Source of the DNA: Octopus vulgaris
Lineage: Eukaryota
DNA length: 64,000 nucleotides
Assembly: GCA_951406725.2 (NCBI GenBank)
Contig: OX597825.1
Coordinates: 48,298,001-48,362,000 of the forward strand
Reading direction: 5' to 3'
Shown: in pieces, positions 1-13,277 of the stretch
How positions within the stretch are numbered: position 1 is the first letter of the stretch
Layout of the letters: each line of letters opens with the position of its first letter
Notes under the pieces: generated by a model
Told to the model about the DNA's origin: nothing
The model's database searches: none
The model's input: the letters and a program-made list of their open reading frames with translations, nothing else
Translations under genes and position numbers: made by a program

Positions 1-80
1 GAGCGAGTCGAAGTGTATGTGTGTGTGTGTGACTGAATGTGTGTAAGAATGTGTGTTTGTGGGAGCAAGGGTATCTTTAA

Positions 81-261
81 TCTTTTCTTTTACTTGTCTC
101 AGTTATTAGACTGCGATCATGCTGGGGCACCGCCTTGAAGAACTTTTAGTGGAACGAATCAACCATAGTACTTATTTTTAAGTCTGGTGTTTCCTCTATT
201 GGTCACTTTTGCCGAACTACTAAGTAACCATCACCAGTTGTCAAGCGGCAGTGGGGGACAA

Positions 262-329
<68 letters not shown>

Positions 330-488
330 ACATACGACAGGGTTTTTCAGTTTCCGCCTACCAGATCCACTCAGAAGGCTTTGGTCGGCCCGAGGCTATA
401 GTGGAAGACATTTGCTCAAGATGACACGCAGTAGAACTGAACCCGTAACCATGTGGCTGGGGAGCCAACTTCTTACCAAACAGTCACG
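81..488 (-). mobile_element. tRNA-derived CORE-type SINE with internal (TG)n and a CR1-like 3' tail
   Basis: The minus strand reads as a tRNA-like head (TTTGGTAAGAAG...GGGTTCAGTTC), a CORE-like ATCTTGAGCAAATG, a (TG)n tract, then the tail AAGGCGGTGCCCCAGCATGATCGCAGTC...AAGTAAAAGA. Related pieces occur at 16988, 20282 and 51640. Confidence 0.85.
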
Positions 489-865
489 TGTGCATGCACT
501 AATTAAATACACGATATTCCGGGACGAAGAGTGAACTATTGAAATGACTGAAGCAATAGTTTCGGTCGTTTTGATGTCTTCAGAAGTTGTGGCTAAAAGT
601 CAAACTACTTGAAGAATGGAGAAAAAGAAGAAAACAGACGCAGAATAGAAACAAAAAAAAAAGAAAGTTAATAGAAAAATGAACGATGGATCAACATGGT
701 AAATTTGGTAACTTAGTAAAGGTTTAGTTTAATAATTATATGTGCTGAACGTTCACATTTATTCGTGATGGAGTGAGTAAACGGTTTGGTGTTTGCAAAG
801 GTGCTAGAGAACAGGAACGTAAAGAAACTGCCAATGTCGCAAAAGTTCAAGGGATTTAGAACGTG

Positions 866-906
866 CGACACGCACGCACACACACCCGCACACATACACA
901 TACACA

Positions 907-997
<91 letters not shown>
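866..997. repeat. (CA)n microsatellite, representative of dozens of CA/TA/TATG/GATA/AAT tracts in the window
   Basis: Directly visible. These tracts produce the THTH/CVCV/YIYI ORFs. Confidence 0.98.
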
Positions 998-999
<2 letters not shown>

Positions 1000-1145
1000 A
1001 TAGTTTACTTGTATTTTGTCGTGTGTTTCCTCTGTGAAGTTGAAGTAAAAGTTTCATATATATTGCTAACAAGGGCAAGGGGAGAGATCGAGTACTTTGT
1101 CTTCACTACTTATTTACGAACCTACCTCATAGTGGAACACAGATA

Positions 1146-1278
1146 TTCTTTTCTACTCTAGGCGCAAAGCCCGAAGTTTCGGGGGAGGGGCCCAGTCAAT
1201 TAGATCGTCCCTAGTATGCAACTGGTACTTAATTTATCGACTCTGAAAGGATGAAAAGCAAAGTCGACCTCGGCGGAA
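1146..1278 (-). mobile_element. SINE (second family, Meta-like central domain), partial
   Basis: Reverse complement of TTCCGCCGAGGTCGACTTTGC-TTTCATCCTTTC---GTCGATAAATTAAGTACCAG plus tail, matching the copies at 4388 and 48941. Confidence 0.8.
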
Positions 1279-1755
1279 GTGGAACACAAATATTACACAT
1301 CTCATAACTGTTCTCGTCTATCTTTTAAAATGGAAGATCATTATTGGCGAGAAAGAGGTAGGTATGGATAGCGTCTAGGCTGTTAAATATTATAATACAC
1401 ACACACACACACACACACAAATATGCGCGCGCGCACATATACAAACACATGTTTGAGTATACGTATGGGAAGGGAACGAAAGAAATTCCCTTCAGTTGAT
1501 CGTTGTAATCTACAATGAAAGAAAGAGAGCACAATGTTTACAAACTGAGTCGATAATTGCAGTTTCTTCTTTCCTTACATCGCCAGACGTTTCAACTTCC
1601 GTTGAAACGTCTATGGAGAACACTATGGAGTTCTTCTTCGTGGAAACAGGTGTTGAAACATCTAGCCATGTCGTTAAAAAGCAACATATATGTGTGTATA
1701 TGTACACACACGCGCGCGCTAGCACACACAATCTCTCTCTCTCGCACGCGCGCGC

Positions 1756-1799
<44 letters not shown>

Positions 1800-1810
1800 G
1801 ACAGTTTAAT

Positions 1811-1990
1811 GTAGGAGCGCCGGAAAAAATAGTTCTGTTAGTTATGCCCTTAACGTTCTGAGTTCAAATCTGTCTGAGGTCGACTTCGCCTCCGGTTCGA
1901 TAAAATAAATCCTAGTCAAGTGGTGAGATAAATTTAATCGAGTGTGCCGCCCCCAACATATCTGGCCTTGGGCCAGTGGAATAATTGTTA
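1811..1990 (+). mobile_element. SINE (Meta-like family), degenerate
   Basis: ACGTTCTGAGTTCAAAT...GAGGTCGACTTCGCC...TCGATAAAATAA, followed by a TGGCCTTG tail. Confidence 0.65.
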
Positions 1991-2344
1991 TTATTCTAAG
2001 TAGTCACCTTTAGTGATGGCAGATAATAAACACTGGTGGTATTTATACTGTATTTTTTGTGATTGTTTTGTGTTTTCTGGTCGCCGCTTCTTCAAGTCTG
2101 CTTCTCATTCATCTATTGTTCAGTGCTAAGAACTGAAGTAACTGTTGAAAACTAAGTTAGACGGACAGCTTTCGTACTCAAAGATCTACAAGAAGCACCT
2201 GAAGAGAATCACTAACGATTACATTTGTTGGAGTGGTTAGGTAGAAACACTAAACTGGAGGCTCTCATAGATCTCTATCACTTTCTTTTCAATACACATA
2301 GATAATTAGCTGCCCACGCAAATACGCAAATACGCGCGCGTCCA

Positions 2345-2424
<80 letters not shown>

Positions 2425-2534
2425 CACACATACTTTTTAATGTTTATCTCAAAGAAAATGTTTGAGAAATTGGATTTCTTTCACAGAATCGGCTGTATTA
2501 AAGCACCATATTCATTACAGAGACTTATGATTAT

Positions 2535-3035
2535 GGTAGGGGGTGGTAGTGGTGATGGTGGTATTTGTGATTGTGCTATGCTGATGGCTGTATTGGTCGT
2601 GTTGGTAGTTGTATTGATGGTGATGGCGTACTAGTTGTAGTGTTAGTTGTGGTGGTAGTGTAGGCAATGTGTTAGTTTTAAAGATTGTCGTTGTGGCGAA
2701 GATAGTACTGTTACTGGGGTTGTTGGTGGTGATATTGCTGTTGTTAGTGGTGATATTGCTGTTGGTAATGGTGTTGTTGGTGTTGATGATAGTGATGGGG
2801 GTAGTAGTGGCAATGTTAGAAATTGTAGTGGTGGTGTTGGCGATAGTAGTGATGTTCTTGTTGATAGCTGTGGTAGCGTTGTTGGAGGTAAAATTTGTGG
2901 TGATATGGTTGCTGTTGTTGATCGTAATAGGGATGATGGTGGTGGTGATAGTGATGCAAGTGAGGGAATTGTTGGTTTTAGTGATTGTGATGATAATGAT
3001 GATGACTATGACGATGACGATGATGATAATGAGTT
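2535..3035. repeat. Degenerate (GGT/GTT/GAT)n trinucleotide low-complexity tract
   Basis: Period-3 G/T-rich sequence that explains the poly-Val/Leu and poly-Asp ORFs. Confidence 0.85.
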
Positions 3036-4387
3036 AATATATGACAACAACGATAGCATAATGTTCCCTTGTAATAGTTCAGTACAAAGATGACTGAAGC
3101 AGTAATAGCGACTGCCAATGAAATATTTTTGAAAGGGGCAGGGAGTAGAACAATGTGACGTGACTAATCTGCTCTGCATCCTCGGGTTTCTTTCTTCGTC
3201 TGAGAAGTAATGAATGCAAATAGTGAACAACCTCCATCTGGGTTTAAACCTAGCTTTTCTTTCTCTTGCACAGGTAACATCAACTTAACTCCCAGATAAT
3301 GGTTTGTTACATTAGTACAGAGACAGGAAAGTAGAGGACAAACTGAAATGAAGTAGTTGCAGCCATAGCTTAAAGAACATGGAAAAAGGAAAGCTAGAAT
3401 TAACCTTGGTGAAATTCGAACTCAGAACTACCAATCACCGCTAATAAAACAACAGCAGAGAATGGGTTAAGCGATGACTACGATTGATCATCGGGATTGT
3501 TGCCAAACACTTACTCTTCTCTAGTTGCCGCAATAATGTAGCCGGTTGTAGATCAATCATTGTATTCTATAGAAGTTTAATGGTAGACAACACCAATCAA
3601 CAGTGTATTCCAGGGAACTGTCATCCTGGGGATGATGGACAACTTCCAGAAATCGGTGGGCTAGCAGTGGTATCAAGCAGCGTTGCCGATTTCGGAGTAA
3701 ACTTTACAGGCACAGAAATACTGTCACCAGGGCCTGATCGAAATGCAGAACAGCAAAACAGTCTTTGCACGTACACGTTTAGTGTTCGAACATTTCTACC
3801 TTGTAGATTTATGTTAAATAGATGTAGGATCGATCTAGCTATGATCACCCTGCTGCTATGATGTAAACGATTTTATGGCGGACATGTTTGATAGGAGTGA
3901 GGATAAAAACTTATTGTTTGACTAATTACTCATCAACTTCTTCAAATTCCACTTAGAGAGGAAGGTGAAGGGGAGAAGTGGGTACTACTTTGCTGTGAAT
4001 TTGCTGAAAGGTGCTTTACACTGGCTAGTATTGGCTAGGTTAAATTCACATGTAAGTTAGGATCACAAATTCTTAACCCATGGGAGGCGGCTGTCACCCA
4101 ATCAGGACGTTTTACTGCATTTTGTTTTAGACTCTTGTTTATTCCTATTTCTTATTCTTGAGTGTTATGTAAATCACAGTAGTTTTTGTTATGTGCTTTT
4201 ATAGCATTTTCTCGTATCCTTATGTTTTGTATTCAAATCTTGCCGAGGTTACATTTGGCTTTCATTCTTCTGATACCAGTGAAGTCTGGGGTTGATGTAA
4301 TGGACTTGCTAACTCCCTCAAGATTACTGGATTTGTGTATATATTGGAAACTATTATTGTTGTTATTATTATTATTGCTGTAGTTAA

Positions 4388-4603
4388 GGCGGCGAGCAGG
4401 AAGAATCGTTAGCACGCCGGACGAAGTACTTAACGTCATTTCTTGCGTCTTTACGTTCTGAGATCAAATTCCGCCGAGGTCGGCTTTGCCTTTCAACATT
4501 TTTGCATTCGGTAAAATAACAAGTCGAGCACTGGGGTCGATGTAATCGACCAATCCCTCTTCCAAAATTTTCAGGCCTTGTACCTACAGTAGAAAGGATT
4601 ATT
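4388..4603 (+). mobile_element. Full-length SINE (Meta-like family, CCTTGT.CCTA.AGTAGAAAGG tail)
   Basis: Head GGCGGCGAGC.GG.AGAATCGTTAGCACGCCGG, B-box-like GAGATCAAATTCC, central domain, CTGGGGTCGATGTAATCGAC and an ATT tail. Confidence 0.88.
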
Positions 4604-5588
4604 GTCACTGCTGTTACCACCACCACCACCACCACCACCACCACCACCACTACTACTATTGCTACAAATGTTTCGACAAGAATTGTCCAGGTAGTCAAAC
4701 CGAAAGCACACAAGAACCATCGTATATTCACTCTTTTAAAGAATAAGGAATATTGATGAAACATCCCAAGACAAAGAAGCCATTGTAAGCACAACTGCTC
4801 TGATATCGTTCGATGAGATGAGGACCAAAGGATGTCCAGTGGATGTGAAAGTCACATCTGAAATTTGGATAAAAGAGGACATCTGCTGGGGAACTTACAC
4901 AATAGGAAGCCTACATATGCCAGAATATAAAAAAAAAAGAAAGAAAATCATGAAGCAAACTCATTTTCATCGTCCAAATAGAATCAAATTTTGATTATTG
5001 ATACATTGGTAATCTGTGAACGATTCCTAAGATTCTCCATTTGAGTTTCCTTGAATAAACGAATACAGGCAATAACATGTAAGCATATAGCAGACACACA
5101 CATATGCACACATACATTCACGGATACACACATACATGGTGGCAGTCAGCTCGTGACCGTGCAAACGTTCCAAGAGTCCAAGAAATTCCTCTGTGTGAAT
5201 TTATTTTGAGTAAAGTGTTGCACAGCACTGAACATACTTTTCAGCGCAATCACCTATAAAACCAGTGGGACGAACAGCAAGTAACTACACTTCAGGTTTT
5301 TCTTTTTTATACAAGTCTACATTCTAATGAGATCTAGGGCCCTTTCACTTCTGGTGATTCACAAGCTATTTAATCCTTATATAAAAATGTCCGACTTACA
5401 CAGAATACGTAGTAACAAAAACGTAGTAACATCGTCCTGCCACATTGCGTTGGCAAAGAGACTTTACTGTACGGTACTGCTACTACATGCATGCATACAT
5501 ACATGCATGCATGCATACATACACACACGCATAAATATATATATATATGCATACACAAAAACATAATACATATATACTCACATAAATA

Positions 5589-5638
<50 letters not shown>

Positions 5639-5694
5639 TCATAAAACACTAACTCTCACTTTGAAGAGTATGCGTTACCAATCCAAGACATCTA

Positions 5695-6968
5695 TCAGGT
5701 CATCCCATAAGTTCTGTCCGATTTTACCTTTTTGAAAATTGAATGAAATCTAATAGTATTTTAGAATGTCTAATGGAATTAAAAATTATTTTTATGCATT
5801 TCTGTACATTTAAACTAATTAAATATTATTTTACAGAATAATAGAATTAAAATTTCTTTGATTAAAACCCTTTCTAACATGAAAGTATCCAAAGAGTATT
5901 TGAGGCACATAATGCTTTATGAGTACAAAAAAGGAAACTCTGAAGCGACTCGAAACATACTCTCAATTTATGGGAAAGAATGCTTGAATGAAAGAACTTG
6001 CAGAAGTTTGCAAAATTCAGAAGTGGAGATTTCAGCCTTGAAGATGAAGATCGAACAAGGCGTCCAGTTGAGTTTGATGATAAACTCCTTGAAGCATTAC
6101 TTGAAGAAAATCCTGCATTAACAGTTGAAGAATTGGCAATAAAGCTTAGTTCAAACCATACAACTGTTCATCGTCACCTTCAACAACTTGGAAAGGTTCC
6201 TGAACTTCGAAAATGGGTGCCTCATGAATTGTCTGAAAGCAGCCGCAAATCCTGAGTTCACATCTGCTTTTCTCTCCATTCTCGCGAGCTCATTTCACCC
6301 TTTTTGAATAGACTTGTGACTGATGACCAAAAATGGATCTTCTATCGAAATGCTAAACGTCGCAAACTGGTTTGGTAAAGGGAAAAAGCTCAACCACAAC
6401 CGAGAATGTGAACTTCATGAGAACAAGGTTCTTCTCTTTATCTAGTGGGATTGCAAAGGAGTAATTCACTTTGGATTGTTACCACCTAATGCAATAATCA
6501 ATGCTCAAGTCTACTGTTAGCAATTAGAGCATTTGAACCAAGCTTTGAAGAAAAAAAATACCCGCTTTAGTGAATCGAAAATGAGTGATGTTTCATCAGG
6601 ACAATGCGTGACCCCACACTGCAAAGATCACATTACAGAAGATAGAGGAGCTTGTTTGGGAAAAAATTCCTCATCCACCTTATTCTCCCGACCTTGCTCC
6701 TTCAGATTACCATTTGTTTCATAGTTTACAGAATCATTTGGGGAACATAACTTTCGCAATCCAGGAGGAGGTCGAAACTGACAATTAAGAGTTCTTCGCT
6801 TTGAAAGTTTTACATTAATGGGATTAAAAAGCTTGTAAATAGATGGGGGGAGGTCATAGATAATCAGGGAAAGTACATTGATGATTAAAGTACATTGATG
6901 ATTAAATTTCAATTTGATCATTTGTTTTCTTTATTCAAAATTCGGACAGAACTTATGGGATGACCTGA
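5695..6968 (+). mobile_element. Full-length (1274 bp) mariner DNA transposon, defective
   Basis: Perfect 27-bp TIRs TCAGGTCATCCCATAAGTTCTGTCCGA at 5695-5721 and 6942-6968, with TA on both flanks (5693-94 and 6969-70). Confidence 0.96.
5879..6888 (+). pseudogene. Mariner transposase pseudogene
   Basis: MKVSKEYLRHIMLYEYKKG start, HTH region FRSGDFSLEDEDR, WVPHEL, LVTDDQKW (TGDEKW-like) and PYSPDLAPSDYHLF. It carries several frameshifts and stops. Confidence 0.93.
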
Positions 6969-7899
6969 TAGATATAAAACTGAATAATGATATACAAATA
7001 GAAACAGATACGCGCAAACATACATGCTTAAATACACAGACACGCACATACGCACTAACATATTTAACTACATATTACATATACATAAGATTTAACACTC
7101 ACACACATTTGTGCGTTAAAGAGACATGCACACTGAATGTATGAGTACGAATTAAAATGATTAAAATATGAGTGTGCGCATGTGTGTAGAAATAGAGTTA
7201 AATCTTAGGCACACCTACGCGCAGTTACACTCACACGCACACAGATGCACACGCGCGTGTGCACATGTGTGTGTGTGCACATAGAAATATAGTCTGATTT
7301 TAACAACACACACATATCTGTTCGTTTGTTTGTGTATGTGCGTGTCTGAGTGCGCGCGCACGCGTGTGTGCGTGTGTGTATGTGTGTGTGTATGTGCGTG
7401 TGTGTGTTGGTTTGTAGCAACTAATTGCTGAGGTATGTGTATGCAGTCAAAAATGGGATAACCAACAATTCACTCAGCATGTAATCACACTCGTTCTGCT
7501 CCTCAAATATTTTGCAATGTTCCACTTGTCCTTATTAGTCTAGAAATGTGTGTGTGTGTGTGTTTGTGTTTGTGTTTGTGTGAGAAAGAGGAAGCGACAG
7601 AATATGTATGCATACATGCATGTATGTATGAGTGCATGTATTCATGTATATATTTTAAAAAAATTGTATACAAAACTACTGTTTAAAATAAAGAAACAAT
7701 ATTCGATCGCATTTACATTTTAACAACGTTATAGGTTCCATGCTAAACCGCAGAAAAGTTTCGTATATTTTTACTGTTCCACTTACAGATTGTGTTCGCG
7801 AAGTTTGTCTTAGCTGATCACTTTCTTTTCCTGGTGATCCTAACTTTTCCATGTCGTTCTTTTTATTAATTTACTAATACATCTAAATGCACCACTAAT

Positions 7900-8670
7900 T
7901 ATCCGTATAAATGTGAATTTATAAGCTGCAAGTTTGAAAGCAGTTATCCGTAAATACTGCCTTTCACACAGATTTTAGAAGAGATGTTTACATCTGCAGG
8001 GTAACTAAACCCTACAATTGGACATAATTTTCGTTTTCTATTCCAAATAACTATATTTGACCCGATAGTTTTCTACTTGGTAAAAGTTTTGAAAGAATGT
8101 CCCACAAATATCTTTGTATTATCTTTGTATACATTGAGTAACAGAGGCATTGTCAATAGTAAAAGCAAAGTAGACTTTTTTACAGATGACATTGAATGGT
8201 TTTTAGTAACAACGCTAAGCTTCACAGAAATGTGAGATAATTGACATTTTTATTCTCATCTTGAAGGATTAAAGGCTTCACCGTCTCTTTTTGTTGATTA
8301 GGCATTTCGTAGCGATCTGTTGCTCATACATTGCAAAATCATAACCTTCGGAATATGCTGTAATAGACAAGAGTCCTTAAGAGATTACACATCACCCCCA
8401 CCCAAGTTTACGGGAAACATATCTTATTGTGGTATGCAAAGATTTTCTCTTTCAAATATTTATTAAAGTATAAAGTCTTGCGATTCTTGGGTCACGAGGG
8501 ATGTTATCGGAAAGTAAATACATCTTGAGAAATTAATTTTCACCGTGTATATTTCACTGAGACCTAGGATAATTGTAACCTTAACTTTTTTCTACAGCAG
8601 TATCTCTTCTCGACCTCAATGTCCCTTTTAATACCAAATGACGTCTTAAAAGTTCCGGTCCCACATTTTG
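7900..8670 (+). pseudogene. Highly decayed Sola2-like DDD transposase remnant
   Basis: Frame-hopping translation gives, in the expected order, GHNFRFLFQ..IFDPIVFY, FSNNA-ASQ (FSDGAASQ-like), D-HFVA (WHFFAT-like) and PNDVLKVPVPHF. Confidence 0.35.
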
Positions 8671-9229
8671 CAAATAGATAAATAAATCAATAAATAAATA
8701 AAATAACTTAATTTCATCTAACTTAAACTAATCCCTCGAAGAGATTTAATATCCATATTTTGATATTCTATCATACCCAGAACCTGTCGGCTTTTTGATA
8801 TTTGCATAGAATACTAAATATAAATTGCAATATGCTAAATGTTTATGGGAATTACTAAAGAAAGCCAGGGTTTGTATAGTGAAATAATATTTACATTTAT
8901 ATTGTCAGTAAAGGTAAATAAAACAATATTTATAATAAAAATTTTAAATAAATAAAAACATTTCGATCAAAGATAACATTACAATTAAAATCTTTAAATA
9001 AAATACTGTCGATTTATTTACTGATGTTAATGAATTAAGCACATTTATCAGGTTTTGATTAACTTCAAATTAAAAATACAAAATATAAAATAACTGAAGA
9101 TAATCAACAAATTATTACATCTAAACAAAACTACTTAATAATAAAAAAAAAGATCAATTAGTACATTGTAATGAGATTTTATTGATTTAAAAGTATCAGG
9201 TTCGTTATTTGACCTACAGAACCTTGTAT

Positions 9230-9600
9230 GTTCTCCTTTAAATACTTTGTAATCTTTTTCACTGTTTAGCTAAGAGTTTAGTTACAATGGTGAACCCATT
9301 CTTAACCAAGTATGAAGAAGAACACGCTGACAACAGCAACTTTAATTTTTTCCAAAGATGGGGAGTTCTATTTTCTGTTTCAACCATAACTCTTCATAAC
9401 CATCTTGTCGAAACACCTGAACTTTCAAGTCAATTTGTAAATCTATTAATTACAAGCAAATTGTAAATATACTGGAACATCATCAGTCATGTTTCTGTTC
9501 ACTCGTAACACATTGACCAAATCATTTTCTGTTCCCGGTAATCTTTTTCAAATGTCGTTCAACTATAAATATCGCATCTGGTTTAAATATTATGTCTAAG
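9230..9600 (-). pseudogene. hAT (Buster/SCAND3-like) transposase C-terminal remnant
   Basis: The minus strand translates to PHLWKKLKLLLSACSSSYLVKNGFTIVTKLLAK, resembling the Buster-type dimerisation motif LLIAFPSSYLVERGFS. Confidence 0.7.
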
Positions 9601-10792
9601 AAAAATCACGACCTCTCTTTAATACCCTACACTTCCATATCGCCTCCTTGACATTTGTTTTCCACTTTTGAGCACATAACACCCACAAGTGGGTGACATT
9701 GCTTAAGTTAAGAACCATTGCTCAAGAGCAAAGTCCTTACATAGTTATGTTTCTATTCTGTGTGGTATGTTCTACAATTCTGCAATATACCAATAGTCGA
9801 AGTAATTTTCTTAAATGTTCTTAGTGTCCTAACATACATTTGACTCCCTACCAGGGTTTAACCCACTGCCTATTTCTTTACTACCCACAAGGGGCTAAGC
9901 CACCACCAAATGGCTTCCCTCCACAACAGTTCTTTCCTAATGACTTTGTTCACTGCCAAAACAACCAGACTCACATGTCAGGATGTTTTTCTAGGTGAAC
10001 GGCGGAACACTTTCTCTCGAGTGATATTTGAGGAATCGGTGGAGCAACGAACGCAAGACAATATCCAAGAGTATTTAGTTTGATATGTTTATGTCCTGTG
10101 TTCAAACAGCATCGACATCACCACTTTACATCTCTGTGGGGGCTGTTAAATCAAAAATCAAACACACTTCCCCGAATAACCCTGTCATTAACTGCCTTCT
10201 AAACAGTCGTCATTTACACAACCACCACCACCACCACCACTACCACCACCACCTGCACCACCACCACCACCACCACCACCACCACCACCACCACCACCAC
10301 TACCACCACCACCACCACTATTAGAACTGTTTTCCGTCTGTCTGTATGTCTTTCTTTCTACACAAACTCATATGTATACACATGTATGTATGTGCCTGTA
10401 TGCGTATGTGTGGGCGTGTGTGTTTGCGTGTGTGTATCTGTGTGTGGACGGGCATAAACAATGATATGTTTTATGAAAACTACGTATATAAACCCACGCG
10501 CAGTCAGAAGGAGAAAGAAGGGGAATGACTGAGAAAAGAGACTTTCCTTCATAAACTGTCTCAATCGCGATCTTTCTCTTTCTCTCTCTCACCCTCTTTC
10601 GCTTTCTCGCTCTCTTTCTTTCTCGCTCGCTCTCTCTCTCTCTCCGTCTACTATGCTTTCTTTCTCACACTTCACTCCTCTCGTATTATTTACAAATATA
10701 TTTATTATATTGTATCTGGCGTTCTTAATGACATTTGGAATTCCTACACATACGCACACACACATATCCACGTTAGTGTGCAAATGTGCGTG

Positions 10793-10850
<58 letters not shown>

Positions 10851-11149
10851 CATATATATGTATATATATATGTGTGTGTATATATTTCTCGTATATATAC
10901 AGGTATGTGAATATATGCATGTGTATATATATATATATATACACACATATATATATATATATATATGTATATACATACATGTGTGTGGGTATGTGTGTAT
11001 GTTTGTGTGTGTGTTTGCATGTGTGCGTGTGTATCTATATTTGTGACGTGTCCTTTAATCGTTAAACTAGCAGTTCGACGAATGGAAAACGATATAATAA
11101 CTACGTAATTGAAATACTTTGAGGCATACACATGATTATTTTGAAGGCT

Positions 11150-11720
11150 GGTGTGGCTGCAGTTCACTAACCAGATTATCCTAAACTTGAAACCCTGTTG
11201 GAATCTGTGAAAAGCTTTGTCTGCTGGTAACTTCCACAACCAAACACTGACTTGATACAAAGTTATTCAGATATTATTAGCATGCGCTAGGCTCAAGGGC
11301 AGTACGAATTCTGTGAGATCTAATCTTACAACATACGTCATTGAAAGATATTTAGGCAACATTAGCAGTGATGTTGGCATCGTTTTGGCTTTTCTGTTTT
11401 CGTAGAAGGGCGAGGTTAATGTAGAATTGAAGGGTAGCACAAATGACCTTCGCACATTCTTCAGCAGAGACTTCCTTAGCAGTGAGTTGGTTTGGTGGTG
11501 GCTGGTGTGGAAGACAGCAACATCTGTACAGCAAGCTGTACAGTTAGTGCAGCACCATACATTGATACAATGTATGCAGCATAGCTCCATGTTTTATTTT
11601 GTTTCTTCTTCACCATGGAATGTGTTGTGGTATAAACAGGGTTTCATACCGAATATTTTCCAATGCTGGCACTGGGCCATACAGTGTTGGTGGGTAGATG
11701 TAAAGTCAACACTTTACCTC
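11150..11720 (-). mobile_element. RTE-clade LINE ORF remnant (EN-RT linker)
   Basis: Fragments TVWPSASIGKY, MYGAALTV, KSLLKNVRRS and KLPADKA (GKAPG-like) appear in RTE order. Confidence 0.5.
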
Positions 11721-11894
11721 AATACACACCTGGTATTTATTGCGACCACCACGTAATGCAATCTATCTCTATCTACTTGTATTTAGCAATATTTTCCCAT
11801 CTATGTCTACCACTCTTTCTAATATGTGTGAGTATGTGGGTGTATATATTCATTTGTTTATTTATATAAATATGTATGTATGTATGTATGTACG

Positions 11895-11973
<79 letters not shown>

Positions 11974-12907
11974 TTACCTGTCTGTTTGTCTGTCTGTTTG
12001 TCTGTCTGTTTGTCTGTCTGTCTGTATGTATGTATGTATGTATGTATGTATGTATGTATGTATGCATGCATGTATATATGTATTTATGTATATATGTGTG
12101 TATGTATGAATGTGTGTGTATGTATACAATTATTACTCGTTAGTAAAAATTTGAGTGTCAACATCATCAGTTCCATTCGGTACAACTATAATATTTTGAT
12201 AACTAATATCAGGAATACTACAGGAGAGTGAATCATTTCCAGTATAATGGAAATTACGTTTTGTATTTAGTCCAATCTTCAATGTGTTGGTCCTTTGCAG
12301 AATCTTGGACATCCGTCTCAGTTAGTTGTTTTGTTGACGAAACTAGAAATACCAGAAACTTCAGTCGGTGGAGTGTGTTGTAGCTAATATATCTTACCAC
12401 CTACATCAGAAATAAATCTATTTCCCTTACTTGTCAACTAAGCTGTAAATAGATGACATGAAATGGAGAGAGGACCAACTGGGTAGGTCTAGGTAGTACA
12501 CAATTACAAGTGTAGAGCAGTGGACAACATTGTTGCTGTAGAAAGGACAGAGAGGTTACAATCAATATGACTCTGCGCTTGTAAGATAGACGTATTGGAG
12601 TCTTCATCAAGTGTCTGGATGAACTTTTATGTTTAAGGTATGATCCTTGTGTATCTCATAAAAGCACTGTCCAAGTTCTCTTCTCAATTTATCAAAATTT
12701 ATTCCAGTGTTTAAGTTATAACCATATTTCTAAGATAATCCTGGTCTATATTATTCAATAAGTCATTTTTTAAAAGAGGGTAAAGTATATTATAAAGGAA
12801 ATTTAGTTGCTATTGTTAGCAAGTTCATTGACTGCCTTTCCTTCTGACAAGTATTCACAATGATTTACGGAGTAAAGTTAATTTGTAAGATTTATCCTTC
12901 AGCAATA

Positions 12908-13277
12908 TTGGTTTCAAACTATGGCATAAGGCCAACAGTTTCAGTGGCGGTGGTGGGGATAATCGATTGCGTCTGCCCCATTAGTCAACTGGTACTTATT
13001 TTATCGACTTCGAAAGGATGAAAGGGAAAGTCGACCTAGGTGGACGTACGAAATTCCGCTAAGCGTGCTAACGATTCTTTTCTGCTATAGGCACAAGGCC
13101 CGAAATTTCTGGGGAGGAGGCCAGTCGAATAGATCGACCCCAGTGCGAAACTGGTACTTATTTTATCGACCCCGAAAGGATGAAAGGCAAAGTCGACCTC
13201 GGTGGAATCTGAACTCAGAACACGAAGACGGATGAAATACTGCTAGGCGTGCTAACGATTCTGCCAGCTCGCCACCT
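12908..13277 (-). mobile_element. Two head-to-tail SINE copies (Meta-like family)
   Basis: CTGGTACTTATTTTATCGAC..CGAAAGGATGAAAGG.AAAGTCGACCT occurs twice. The head GCTAACGATTCTGCCAGCTCGCCACC is at about 13250-13277. Confidence 0.85.

Noticed and set aside
555-590. Minus-strand CTGAAGA...CCGAAACTA hammerhead-like motif
   Set aside because: No GUH triplet and no stem I pairing.
2669-3037. 122-aa hydrophobic ORF resembling a membrane protein
   Set aside because: It arises from a degenerate GGT/GTT trinucleotide tract.
12328-12372. TTGACGA...GAAACTTCAGTC motif
   Set aside because: The core C is missing, stem II is weak and there is no stem I. Too degenerate to call.
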